A stretch of 63,728 nucleotides of DNA, the filler included, from Choristocarpus tenellus KU-1152 (Eukaryota; Protista; Phaeophyceae): assembly GCA_964200185.2 (NCBI GenBank). It is 14 parts of 14 records of this genome, joined end to end, with 100 filler letters (N's around TTAATTAATTAA, not from the genome) between each part and the next. Parts side by side here need not be neighbours in the genome. Positions count along the whole stretch, not along the records: positions 12,355 to 15,864 come from CAXNAD020019543.1; positions 15,965 to 20,895 come from CAXNAD020012486.1; positions 20,996 to 25,695 come from CAXNAD020013413.1; 11 more parts are not named here. The stretch is one strand, 5' to 3'. A program made the position numbers and the translations under genes. Below the pieces are notes generated by a model, which was not told the origin of the DNA, made no database searches, and saw nothing but the letters and a program-made list of their open reading frames with translations. Positions 12,447-24,856 of the stretch are shown piece after piece. Each line of letters opens with the position of its first letter. The stretch's first letter is position 1.

Positions 12447-12643
12447 CGTTGCGATTTGGATGTAATTTGTCTATCATGTTAGGAAGTGACCATATCCTTG
12501 TTCCAGACACACCTTTCATAGTCGTATACATATTAGGTAACTATGTTCAAACAGAAAACCGAAAAAGGGCATAAAAAACCCCGTGGGAAGCCAAGCCCCG
12601 AACAGACAAACAGGGCAAAACTCCTACCCTCTTAAATGCTTTG
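12447..12643 (-). mobile_element. MITE A, older truncated copy
   Basis: Matches family A internal sequence (GTTAGGAAGTG..ATATCCTTGTTCCAGACACACC..GGGAAGCCAAGCCCC..CAGGGCAAAACTC). Confidence 0.82.
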
Positions 12644-13091
12644 GGTCCAGAGTAGGCGAGAGGTACCCAGGTCTTGACCAATACGTATTTAAAGCCACTT
12701 TTTTTCTCTTTTGCAATTCACCCTTACTTGAATGGAAGGTGTGACTCAAAGTATCTGGGAGGGGGAGGGGGGGTCTACACCAGGGTGTCCATTCGGGGCC
12801 TTACCAGAAAAAGTGCAATTACATTATTCATCCGACGCATGCAACCAAATCACCCGAAAATCGTGACATGGAAAAATGGAGCCCAAATGGACAGCCGTCA
12901 CCCCTCCCCCCCCAGATACTTTGAGCCACGTGTTTTGATTGAGTTGAAATCGGCGATTTTTCTGTTATTTTGTAACCTTCAATACAATTTCGGAAAGTCA
13001 CTGCGTGAGTGTTTGTGCAATAAGCCAAATCTTGCGCATTTGTCGGCATCCTTAAATTGCAACCCCAGGTACATCTCGCTTACTTTGGCTC
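12644..13091 (-). mobile_element. MITE family C, interrupted by a family B copy
   Basis: Ends GGTCCAGAGTAGGCGAGAGGTACCCAGG and CCCAGGTACATCTCGCTTACTTTGGCTC are inverted; colinear with 40305-40580 once B is removed. Confidence 0.8.
12743..12927 (+). mobile_element. MITE family B nested in family C
   Basis: GACTCAAAGTATCTGGGAGGGGG...CCCCCCCAGATACTTTGAGCC. Confidence 0.92.
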
Positions 13092-13272
13092 CATAACACT
13101 TCAGCCTTTTTTTCCCCCAACCCCTGCACTGCTGAAGAGACAACGTACTAGGACTGCTGCAATATATCAAAACGACAAAGGGTTTGAAAAAAACGAAAAA
13201 CAACACGGTACATGATTCAGAACAATAAATGGTTTATTTTTTTTCCGTGTTTTGTTATCCGCTACGACCACT

Positions 13273-13607
13273 GAGCGAAAGTATCTTAGAGGGTGCGAGT
13301 TTTGCCCTGTTTGTCCATTTGGGGCTTGGTTTCCCACGGGTTTTTTGAGTGAAAGTATCTCAGAGGGTACGAGTTTTGCTCTGTTTGTTCATTTTGGTGC
13401 TTGGCTACCCACTGGGTATTTTTATGACATTTTCCTACTCCAAAATGTTTCGGAGTAAACAAAACGTATTCGTTATTAAAAGGTGTGTCCGAAAGATAGA
13501 TATTGACACTTCCTAACAAACACAATAGCCAAAATTACGTCAAAAACGCAACATTGTATTTTGACCCCCAAATGGACGCGGCTCTACCCTCTAAGATACT
13601 TTGGCTC
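13273..13607 (+). mobile_element. MITE family A with a tandemly duplicated left 74 bp
   Basis: Left TIR at both 13273 and 13347; right TIR ...CTAAGATACTTTGGCTC; flanks CACT / (C)ACT. Confidence 0.9.
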
Positions 13608-13746
13608 ACTATTAGGTGCACCCACAAGGCCGTACCGCAGTTCTCATTAGTCACTATACATTTTTCCTCTACACAACCAGGGTCTACCTAGGGTCATGAA
13701 ATTAGGTCCGAGTAAGCATGTGTCACCATAAAACTTTCTTCAAAAA

Positions 13747-14034
13747 TCAATGTCTCTCGATCTCTACACCAACAATGTCATGTAGAGTAATCCTTTTCAA
13801 TGCAAACCTCAACCCTCTACTCACATTTATGACTCCCTGCCGGACATGCAGCTGTCCAGTCATCAAATCTCTCAAATATCCAATTTGCAACCCCTTGGGC
13901 AAGAGTCTATAGGAGCAACACATCCTGATCGAAATGAATAAAGCAAAAAGGTTTCGATATTCCCCATCACCTAAGATACCACCCAGACCTTCCTTGCAAA
14001 AACCATATTGGCCAATGTAGACATTTCCCTCCAA
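13747..14034 (-). pseudogene. Possible decayed gypsy RT fragment
   Basis: YRLLPKGL...VINVSRGLRF...TLHDIV weakly resembles MPxGL...YLDDI. Confidence 0.25.
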
Positions 14035-14601
14035 ATACAGAGACTACAAAGACAGATCATAGAGTAGGGTAACGAACAGTACTACATAGTGTATCACCCT
14101 CATGCCTCTGTTCACATACTCAGAAACTGTTTCAAATATATTGGTGTTTATAGTATCATTGGCGGTTCATTAAATCGGTTACACCCAAACAACTGCTTTT
14201 TATGCTACTGTTTGAGAGAGTATCGGGCAACGATTTTTCGACTGTTGAGAGAGCTGTATAAGAGTGGGAGCACAACAATAGACCAAAACAATAGCAAGCA
14301 TGTTAGGAGGATGTGATGTGAAGAGGAAGATGAAAGTCTCCAGTGATACAGTCCTTCACAATGCCCTATTTTTCACAACAAACATGCATGATCCCAGATG
14401 CGGTGTGACTCTGAACACAGTTGCCATCATCATGCATGGCATGCAATTAGCTTTAATATCCTAACGGTATCATCATCCTTGGCGAAGCAGTTTAATGACA
14501 TTATGAAGTCACAAACCAAAGCCAATTCACATTGTCACTTTTACTACCACAACCCTTGTCAAACAAACATCTTCCTAGGTGTATGCCCTTTCTCAGATTA
14601 G

Positions 14602-15685
14602 TTTCCTCGAAGGTGATGATGAAGCCACTGTGGTGGAGCATGACATGTACAACTACGCCAGGTGAGACGTCTTCGGGATTGAATTTGTCTGTACTAGGGA
14701 TACAACATCGATTCCAACTTGATTTCGAAAATTTGGAAGAGTGCTCATTGATACTGTATATCGATATTAATATCAATACCAACATCAAAAATAACACCAA
14801 CTGTAGTAATACATACAATAGTGACAGTAATAGTAGTAGTAATGGTAGTAATAATTAACCATAAGAAGAGTCAAAATGATGATAACAGTAGCAATAATAA
14901 TGATGATAATCGTAATAATGGCAATCGCAATAATTGTGGCAATTGTAACGTTCATATTAATCACAATGATGGTAATAGTAATGGTAATGGTAATAGTAAT
15001 AGTAATAGTAATAGTAATAGTAGTAGTAACAACCATAGTAATCATAATCATAATAGTTTTTGTATGAACTGTGCAAACCACTTGTGAGGACTTTGTGGAG
15101 AACTGGGTGGATGTACTCATCACGACATAGTGCCAAGTGAAATGATCATCTCTAGATTCAGTCTTCTTGAATCACACAATGCGATGTATAGGTTCAGAAA
15201 TAAAAGGGGGGGGGGATGGGGGGAGGGAACTCTGGAAGGTAAAAATTTGAATCAGATTCCAGAACTCAAAAAGTAGAAAAAAAAAATCAAATGCACGGTG
15301 CATCAGCTTGCAAGAGGTTTGGGGAACTCTCCCAGGCCTTGCGACCTTGCTGCAAGCAGTATGTTGGGTGATCCGGGATCCCTCCACCTTCCACTATACA
15401 CACCCCTCTTTTTTTAATTTTTCCTGGCACCTCAACTCCATCATTAATATTTCTATTACCATTGTATGTGATCCTACCATCAACAATAAGAATGCTGAAG
15501 TCATTCCACTCGCACTCTTGTGTTTATCCAGGGTGACGACGGTGGTGCTGATATTCTTCAAGGTGCTGGCCTGGGAAGGTCTGCTTGCCACCTGCCCCCA
15601 GGGGAAACACGCCCTTGACGTCCTCTGGCGCCGCTTCAAGCTCTTCCTGCCTATCTGGGGATCACCCCGCAAGCTGACAAAGGAG
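14602..15685 (+). CDS. Two internal exons (14602-14661, 15532-15685) of an unknown protein
   Basis: AG/GT-bounded, GC-richer than flanks, phase-2 junction joins to FLEGDDEATVVEHDMYNYAR-VTTVVLIFFKVLAWEGLLATCPQGKHALDVLWRRFKLFLPIWGSPRKLTKE. Confidence 0.6.
14800..15056. repeat. Degenerate (AAT/AGT/GAT)n low-complexity tract in an intron
   Basis: AATAGTAATAGT-type periodicity. Confidence 0.85.
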
Positions 15686-15836
15686 GTACAGTACTGAGTG
15701 AGGTGTCTCAGTGCCACTTTGAGGTAGCACTCTGATGCTAAAAAAATTGTTGTTTTTTCTCCTCACCAGCAGAATAAAATGACATGCTAACTGGCATATA
15801 TTTTGTCTATCTTCTTTGAACTGGCTCTTGGGTACA

Positions 15837-15864
15837 GACTCAAAGTATCTGGGGGGGGAGGGGG
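15837..15864 (+). mobile_element. MITE B tip at contig end
   Basis: GACTCAAAGTATCTGGGGGGGGAGGGGG. Confidence 0.8.
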
Positions 15865-15964
15865 NNNNNNNNNNNNNNNNNNNNNNNNNNNNNNNNNNNN
15901 NNNNNNNNTTAATTAATTAANNNNNNNNNNNNNNNNNNNNNNNNNNNNNNNNNNNNNNNNNNNN

Positions 15965-16057
15965 AACAAACATGATAGCCAAAATTACATCAATATTGCA
16001 ATATTGGATTTTGCCCGCCAAATGGACGTGACTCTACCCTCTAAGATACTTTGACTC
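15965..16057 (+). mobile_element. MITE A right end at contig start
   Basis: CCAAATGGACGTGACTCTACCCTCTAAGATACTTTGACTC. Confidence 0.9.
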
Positions 16058-19000
16058 TTCCTGGTCAATTCAAAGCACCTAGCTCATTTGAAAAAGTGGG
16101 GGGGACTTTACTAACCAAAGGGGGTCAATGATGGGAGGGTGTCAAAATGCAGCTCACAAGTCTGCCCATGGCAAGTTGAGTCCTCTTCAGGGGTTGCTAT
16201 GAGTAATCAATCGGTGTAAGTATCTGTTAGGTTGAACAGAATTTGAGGCAAAGCATGTGTACAGGGGCCTTGGGAATCAGAAAAAATCGATATTCATTAT
16301 CCTCAGTCGATATGCTCTTCAATATAAATATTCAAGAGGGTTGAATTTTTGCTTTCTTAGGAACAATTTTTTCAGGGAGGACTGTGCTTGGCTGTGGGGT
16401 TGTTAGTTGAAGGAGGTGCAACCTGCACAGTGCTCTGTACAAGAGAGCAGGTCATAGTAGTCTATTGTAGCTTGTATGCCTCACTATTGCAAACTCCTCT
16501 ATCATATGTTTTTTCTTCTCTGTTTCCATGCCCGCCTTAACGTCAGAAGAATGTGATAATTAGGTCACCTGTAGGCTCCTTAGGTCATCGGTATTTGCGC
16601 CACTTGAAGTAGGATTAGGTATGTTGAAACCTGTACCCCAATGCGTCTCTTCCATCCTTCTGAAGTTGTCTTTGAAAATTTCTTCGCCTTCATTGCCAGC
16701 TTTTGGTGGTGTACAGAGGGGTGGGTATGTAAATATATTCCCCGCATCGTTTCCCAAAAGCTCCCCCAATCCTGGCCTAGGCTCAAGTCGTTTCTCATCG
16801 TTTGAATGCAGCTTCATTCTGGGTGTCCTTTTATGTCCTTGATGTTTGGGGGAGATTGGGGAGTCGTAGTGTCTGCCCCCGAAGGGGTACTCAGCTGATT
16901 CAGGTGGTGGTGGAGTATCTTGGCCAAGAAGGACACTTCGGATCATTTTGTTTGTCATTCCGCGCCAATTACGGCATATGTGATTGGGGGAAGGAGGAAG
17001 GGTTTTGATATTGTGTTACAGCTGGATAGGGATATATCTGTGTCTATTGAAATGGAATATGGGAGTAAAAGTGCAGTAGCTACTTGTCTTGGAGAGACGG
17101 CCTTTACAAGGTGGACACATATTTTCACAGTACACTTTTCTTTGCTTGCATCAAGCACAAAGAAGGTTGTGTTGTTATCCTCAAAATGAACAAATAATCC
17201 CTGCACTTGAGAGCAAGCCTTCCCCTACTAGTACCATTGCAGACTAACCTTTCGGTAATCCTCTGCATGTAGTCTGAGAATGTCTTTCGGTCAGAGATTA
17301 GACCTCCTTGACCCTCACGAACAAAATGAAGAACCTTTCCAGCAAAGCAGCTAATCTGAGGCGCTGTATGTAGGCGACCAACAGAACAGGTGCGTGCATC
17401 TACGTCATTGTGGCGTTGTGTTTATGCTAATATCTCCTCTGAATCAACAACCCCTACTTAAAGTAATATATCACAGCAAGGCGATGTAATATCTCTTTAT
17501 CCATGGATTTGCTAAGTTGACAGATGGCATACTTTTGCTTGCGTAACCAGCGTCCCTACCAAGTTGCGTCAATTCGCTACAACGCCGTCAAGTTCGTGAT
17601 AACTGTTGACAGGGACAGTGAAAGCCACTACAATTTGTCATACTTATATATTCCAATTGCCAAGTTTACTGTTACTCACAAGAAGTGGGTTGTTGGGGGA
17701 GCATGCTGTGGACATCGAGATCATCGGTGTGTTGCATGTTGATTGTTAATCGTATCTTGTTTTCGTGAAAAGATCTGTGGGTCATAGTTACACACGAATA
17801 ACGCCTATTGTTTATCGATATTTACATCAACTTGGAGTTAACACATCGTACTAAACCACCAAAACATAGGATTACACCTAGAGGATGAGCTCCCTCCTAT
17901 CCCGATGCTTCAGAAGGAAGCCTCTCCAGGTGGTGCACGCTGAGGAGGATCAGGGAGAATTGGAAAGGACTCTTGGATTCTGGGACCTAGTTGCTGTTGG
18001 GGTTGGCGGGACTGTGGGCAGGTTGGTTCCTGGATGTAAAATTTACTGTTGTCACTAACTGGTTCTGCAATGCGTAGAAAGGATACGACGACTTTTGCTC
18101 TGCTCACCAAGTGGATCGTTTGGGATGATAGTGGTGGACTAATCCTCGACTCTGCTGCCTCTCCTCTCAAACTGTGCTACAATCCAGCGGTGTCTTTGTT
18201 CTGACGGGTCTGGTTGCTCACGATCTGGCCGGCCCTGCTGGAGTATTCTCCTGGATTTTAGCTGGTTTAGGTTGCGTACTAAATGGGCTGTCATTCGCAG
18301 AGCTGGCGTGGCGGGTCCCATCGGCGGGAGGGTAAGCATGTTGGTCTGTTTTCAACCGATACTCGTCATTGCAGCAACAACCATGGTCCGTCTCTGCCTC
18401 CCTCGCCACGATTCTAAACAGAAAAATTCACCCGTCTATACATAGGCCCTATGCGTACACGTTTGTTGCTCTGGGTGAACTTCCAGCGACCGTGGTTGGA
18501 TGGTGCCTGACGCTAGAGTACGGCTTATCCTCGTCAGCAATAGCTAGGAGCTGGGGGGATAAGGTGGGCACACTTCAGATTCGTCGGATTTGACCCCCTC
18601 AATTTTGGTCGAGTGTTACAGGGTATATGGAAGCCAAGAGCGCCTACCTACTGCACTCTATGTCCATTAACTTTCTACCTCCGGGCAATAACGCGACGTC
18701 TTGTTTGGTTTTGTATACCATGCTACAGTATTCTGGCTTCGTATCGCCTGGAAAAGTCAGCACGAAAAAGGCATGTCAGCCCTTCTTGTTTTGTAAAGAA
18801 CGGACCCAATGGGTTCCAATGGTAGAGTAGGAGATGATATCCAGTCTTGGTGGCAGGGATAGATGGAATGCCCTGAATGCCTTTGGTTTTTGTGGTTGGG
18901 GAAGGAGGTGAATTTTGTGTGGGAAACGGGTTAGAAGTGCAGACTGGAAGTGATGTCTGTCGATCCAATCAGTAGTGGAACTGCAAAGAGTGGGGTGTGA

Positions 19001-21832
19001 AAGAAGATGGGGCGCAGTGCCGCCACAGACTTCTCAAAAGGTGTATCCATGTCAACAATTTGACACAATTCCGCCTGTCTGACAAACCACCGCCTCCCTA
19101 TTTTTGAGCATCTTCACAATCACTTCAAAACGGAAAGAATATAATTGACCGAAGAAGCACCTCAACTGCCCTTGTTCTCTCTTCTCAAGAACCACCCCTT
19201 GCACACCTTCACTCTACTTACTGTTTCCTCAGGTTGGTCTGTGGCTTGCCCACCAAGGGGTTGATCTATCCTGGACAGCATCAGCTCAACTTCCATCGGC
19301 ACTGGTTTCATCCTTGGTTAGTACAGTCTACAATGCTCCGGTTACAGAGGATGAAGGAATAGGTGGAGGTGGAGGAGGAGGAGGAGGAGGAGGAGGAGGC
19401 AGTTGGGTTGGGGAGGGTGACAACAGCGGTCTAGGAGACAGTGGGTTGGGGTTGTTCGGGGCATCAAATGTGTTTGCTGCCATTGTTCAGGCGGTGTGTG
19501 TTGTAATAGTCGTGAGGGGAGTGAAGGCCAGCACCTTAACTATCAACGTCTTCTGCTTCATCAAGGTTGGTGTCCACCCCGTCCTTACCCTAATACCTCT
19601 CGTGATCTGCTTTGTACTCATCATGGGGCTGACTTTTTTGAATATTTTTTGGAAAGGGTTGGTCACCTTTAAATCTTGAGGAAGTCCGGAGGACTATCCA
19701 AGGCCCCTGTGTTTCACTAGTGATATAGCCTTGTACAAGAAGCAATCCTGGTCTACTTTTGGGATGATGTCTTCCTGTGTCATCAACATAGTCTCTGTGT
19801 CTCTTATTTGAAGTGATCAGAGCTCTATATACAATGTTAGCCTTGGGTGCAAGGAAGGTTTCCATTGTATTGTGATAATGCTCAAGGTGGGTAGTACAGT
19901 AGATACTCTGGAAAGCTAGCCTTTCGAGCCTCCCACGTTCTGTCCACAGCAGCACTTGCTTGTTCGATATGTTAGGGTTAGGGTCACCTCGTCATGGCTC
20001 TACGTGATCATTTTTTATTTAAAACTATTGTTAGGTGTGCACAATTTTTATTTCATCATGTTGCAATTGCAACATAAATAGTCATTGCAGGACAAGGTCT
20101 TGTCCATGAAGGGTATAGTGCAGCAAAGAAAACAATATGGCCATCTACTTGAGCGTTTTGAGCCTTTCGATATTTGCATCAACTTCTAGGGAATATTTAC
20201 TCACCAGATTATCACAGCCCCCTAACCCTAGGCCTGTCGTTTTGATTTAAATGTTAACCAAGCCAATACTGTCCTACCAAGTCAACGCTGTCCCCTCAAA
20301 CGCGCTTGGGCTAGAAACCCTCTTTTTTTCTTAATTTAGGTCAGCTCCAACTTCATGTGATGAGTCAACACATCAAAAATCAAACCCTCTCTTAGATGCC
20401 ATTCACTCAACAATGGACAGCTTCCAACACATCGTGTTCACCAGACAGCAATAACCTTCTCTTGCCGTCGGGCTCACCTTGGTTACATAATGTTCACCAT
20501 TATTGCACACTTCCACCTTGTGCTTTGGCAAGCCTGTTTAGATGGGGCGTTGTAAGGAGTGCTTCTACCTTCAACCTGCTTTCAGACCTTGGGACAACAA
20601 GCGCTGACATTTAAGAAGGGGGGGTGTTAAATTTGTAGGACTCCTATGACTATGTCACACACAGTACGGATGCCTTTGCCATGATGTGGGGGTTTTGAAT
20701 CACCCTGAACCTACCTTCCCTTTTTCAAGAACACAAAACCCCTTTTTTTTCTTTTTCTTTTTTTAAGGTTCCATTCTTGTCTTTAAATTAAGAAAATCAA
20801 AACGTTTTGGTTGCTATTTTTTGTTGTAGCGGCGATTGCCAAGGTATGGCCACCTTCTTTCGATTTTTATTGCACATCGCATTACCCTTCCCCCCNNNNN
20901 NNNNNNNNNNNNNNNNNNNNNNNNNNNNNNNNNNNNNNNTTAATTAATTAANNNNNNNNNNNNNNNNNNNNNNNNNNNNNNNNNNNNNNNNNNNNCCCCC
21001 CCCAACAATTTACTTTTCACACCACACACCATCTAAATCAGAGCATCTCAGTGTAAATAACAGGAGCGATATATCTCCCAGGAATGTCACACTCCTGCTT
21101 CTATGCGTTCTCCTGAAGCACTGTACCATTTCTTGCATTCTGTATAGTGTTGCATTGCATCTTACTCCATGTTTGGTGTTTTTCTGAGGTATCCATGATG
21201 AGGTGTATTGTGTTGTGTTGCTGAGGTGTATTGTGTTGTGTTGTTGAGGTGTATTGTGTTGTGTTGTTGAGGTGTTTTGCATTGAGCTGTGCCACGTTTC
21301 CCCCCCCCACCTTGCGTCCTATATTTTGATAAAAAAACAAAAACGGCAGTGCAGTACGGTGTTGTGTATGTAGCATAGTGTTATGGCATACTTTACACTT
21401 TCAAGTGCTGGTTAATGGGTTAGGGTTAAGGTTAGGGTTAGAAGTATCTTTTAAAGAAAAAAAAGCATGTTGTTTGTTGTATGATCTAGAGTAGTATTAG
21501 TAGTGTTGTTACACGCTTTGCACACTCCGTTGACCCTGCGTTCTTGAGGTGTGGAAAAGTGCATTTTGGTGATGAATGCCGTGTTGTGATGATTGAAGTG
21601 AGATGAGTTGAGGCACGGTGGACACTACCTGGGATAACGCTTTGTGCTCCCTTGTGTGTCATCTTGCTCCCTAACCCTTAGAAGCTGACCCGGATGCTGT
21701 TTTTTAAAATCAGTCATTATTTCAACAATTTCCCGCACGTATGAAGCAGAACCGTAGGCTTCGCCTGCAGACTCTGCACATGTACTATCATTTGTTTCAT
21801 GGGTTTAACGTACCTTGAGTCACACCCTGTCT

Positions 21833-22108
21833 GAGCCAAAGTATCTTTTAGAGGGTAGAGCCGTATCCATTTGGGGGTCACAAAATCCAATGTTATGATT
21901 TTGATGTAATTTTGGTCATCGTGTTTGTTAGGGTTAGGGTTAAGTGTCAATATCCTTGTTTTGGACACACCTTATCGTGTACCGTATACGTTTTACCTAC
22001 TCTGAAACATTTTGGAGTAGGAAAATGTCATTAAAAAAAACCCATGGAAAACCAAGCTCCAAATGGACAAACAGGGCAAAACTTGTACCGTCTAAGATAC
22101 TTTCATTC
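21833..22108 (-). mobile_element. MITE family A, full copy containing a TTAGGG insertion
   Basis: GAGCCAAAGTATCTT..GAGGGTA / TACCGTCTAAGATACTTTCATTC. Confidence 0.92.
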
Positions 22109-23628
22109 TCTCTCCAAGAACATATCTGAGAGTGAAGTCCATTTTGAATGGCGATATTATGTGGCATGAACTTGGCATGGACTGTAGCTACAGTGACACG
22201 GGGATTGGACCACAGAGTCCTGCCTCACGCTCCAGGGCACCACCTGGAGTTATAGAGGCCGGTAGTTGTGAATCATTGCAGGTGTTGTAGTTGGTGACAT
22301 CTGATTATATCATCATTCAATGCTTGATACTGAATGGAGCAGGTGCAGTGGGCACTGATATATTAGGAGGCGGTTATATGGGGGATGTAAGAACCCTCGT
22401 CTTTTTCGTTTCTATGAAATAAAAATAAATTATGATCCTTCCTCAACAGAAAAATAAAACTCTTCCCTTTTTGATTCGAAGTGCTACATAGCACAAGCAG
22501 GAGTTCGTTTTGTTTCAGAGCGCTACAGGGCAGTGCACAACGGTAGCGTGTTGTGTGTTGTACCTCCATTTTTTTTTTCCCATGATGACAGGTTTAGCCC
22601 ACCAGTCGCAACACGCCTCTTTGCTTTGCTTTGCTTTGCTTTGCTTTGCTTTGCTGCACCTAATTCAGCCTACTGCATCCTTTGCAGGCTGCCGTGTGTA
22701 ATAACCAGGAATGATCGAGCATAATTACAGTTGCAGTTGGTTGAGAGAACCAATGGATTTTACTGCTGGGTAACAAACCCGGCTGATGCACCTTTGTTTT
22801 ATAACGGTTACAGTTTGAAACTGTGAGTAGTTGCTGCGGCATATATATATAACCCTAACCCTATATATATATATACCTGGATGAACAAAACAATGTCCTC
22901 TACTGTGAGGAAGGAGCCCTTTCAAGAGTTTTGTGCTGCATGCAAAGACTTTATTATTATTATTATTATTTTATTTTATTTTATTTTTTACCCCACTGTA
23001 AATTGTTTCCTGCGTCGTTGCAGCTGTTTGGCGACCTCTCTTCCAAGTTGCGTGTGCATGTAGTTGGTAGTTACTTGGTTATGGTCTTCGTGTCTGCTTC
23101 AAGAGTGCCACACCTGTTTTTAATGGTGTAGATACAGAGGGGACCACCTCTCTCTGTGTGACAGAGACTGTTGTTCAGTTTTGAGGGCCGATTCTCGAGG
23201 CAGGTCAGATGAAGGCGAAGGCGGTGTTGGTGTGAATACTGGTGTGTTGCAGAGCTGTGACTACATCACACTTTCAAGAATAGAAATCCGATTTCCAAGG
23301 CGAAAAAAAGAAAAACAAACTGAGGCGGTGTGGAGGGCGGGGGGGGTGGGGGGGGGGGGTACTAACCCATAGATCAGATGTTTTTTTCTCTTTTGGTATG
23401 TATGTTGTTTTCAATTTTATTTTCTTGACAAAAGAGACGGTGCGATGACTACATTTGCAGTACTTGCATGGCTACGTATAAAAAAAAGTGTTACGGCTCC
23501 TGCCGACGTCGTTTTGCAGATGTTTTCATGAGGAGAATGAGGCGTGCAAGAGATGTGAATAACTGTCATTGGGGGCTCTAGTTCTTGTATTGAATGTCAC
23601 CCTTGCAGCATTTGACCAGTTAGGTTCA

Positions 23629-23885
23629 GAGTTGAAGCATCTTAGAGGGTAGAGCCGTGTCCGTTAGGGGGCCAAAATCCAATGTTGCGATTTTGATGTA
23701 ATTTTGATTGTTAGGAAGTGTGTCAATGTCCTTGTTCCGGACACGCCTTTTAATTACGTATACGTTTTACCCTAACCCTAAACATTTTGAGGAGGAAAAT
23801 GTAATGAAAAAGGTACATGGGAAGTCAAGCCCCCAACGGACAAACAGGGCAAAACTCGTACCCTAACCCTAAGATACTTACACTC
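23629..23885 (-). mobile_element. MITE family A, full copy containing two CCCTAA tracts
   Basis: GAGTTGAAGCATCTTAGAGGGTA / CTAAGATACTTACACTC; flanks TTCA / TCAA. Confidence 0.9.
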
Positions 23886-24856
23886 TCAACTCTATGGTTG
23901 ACTGCGCAGCATTTTTCTGGTAAAGAGCGGTGATAGCATTCAACTCTGATTTTTCTGGTACTGTGTCCATCTCAGAGGATGTGTTGTTAAGCGGTGATAT
24001 GTTGTGGAATTGTGGTTTATTGTTTTTTCCCTCCCTGGCAGTGTACAACGTGAGTGGTAATTGGACTTGTACTTAGATGAACTTTGGAAAATTCTTGTGG
24101 GGGTATTGTCGAGGTGTAGTTGAGTTGGTGTGTGCATCCGTTGCCGTTAGTTGTAGTTGACTGGTTTCACGCCACAATGTTTTGGCACATACACCATTTT
24201 TTGTTGTGTTGTAGGTACTGCTATTAATGTGCATGTGCATACATAGTGCATACTCTGTATACCAACTGATACCTAGCATGTCTCATCCACGTCAAGTTGT
24301 GTGTGTGTGTGTTTTTGTATGTTTAGTATCATTACATCCATCCATACATATTTATATATATATTAATTCATATAATCATTACATACATATATTATTCAAG
24401 AGATCTAACTATATCGCAACCTTTAGCAAACCCCAATCTAATATGTCAATAGTTTGCAGTCTATCCTGTGGTTGACATATAACTTGTGATCCAAGTCCTT
24501 GAGTTTTATTGGCCACCAAACCTTTCATTTGTGCTGTAAACATCAACCTTCAGCCCTAACCCTATAATATCACCCTAACCCTATTTGTGGCTAACCTCCA
24601 ACACACAGACAGACAGTACAGTGCAGTCAAACTACTTTTCTGGTCCAAACCTGATTGATCTCCTTCCTACCTACACAACGTTTGACTGCAAGAACATTCC
24701 TTATCGTTTAAAAAAAAAAAGATATTCAGGAGTTCCTAGCCTACAACATGGATCACTGGGTACTGGTAGCCGTGAGAAGCATTATTTTCACCAATGGGAT
24801 AGCCTCCGTATCGCTTTCAGCCAATACGATGCTTGCATTTTTGTCTCTCTGAGCAG

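Noticed and set aside
16560-19955. Several protein-like minus-strand ORFs (RRADM, YVDD motifs)
   Set aside because: Probably decayed retroelement DNA, but the motifs are too short and scattered to assign family or boundaries.
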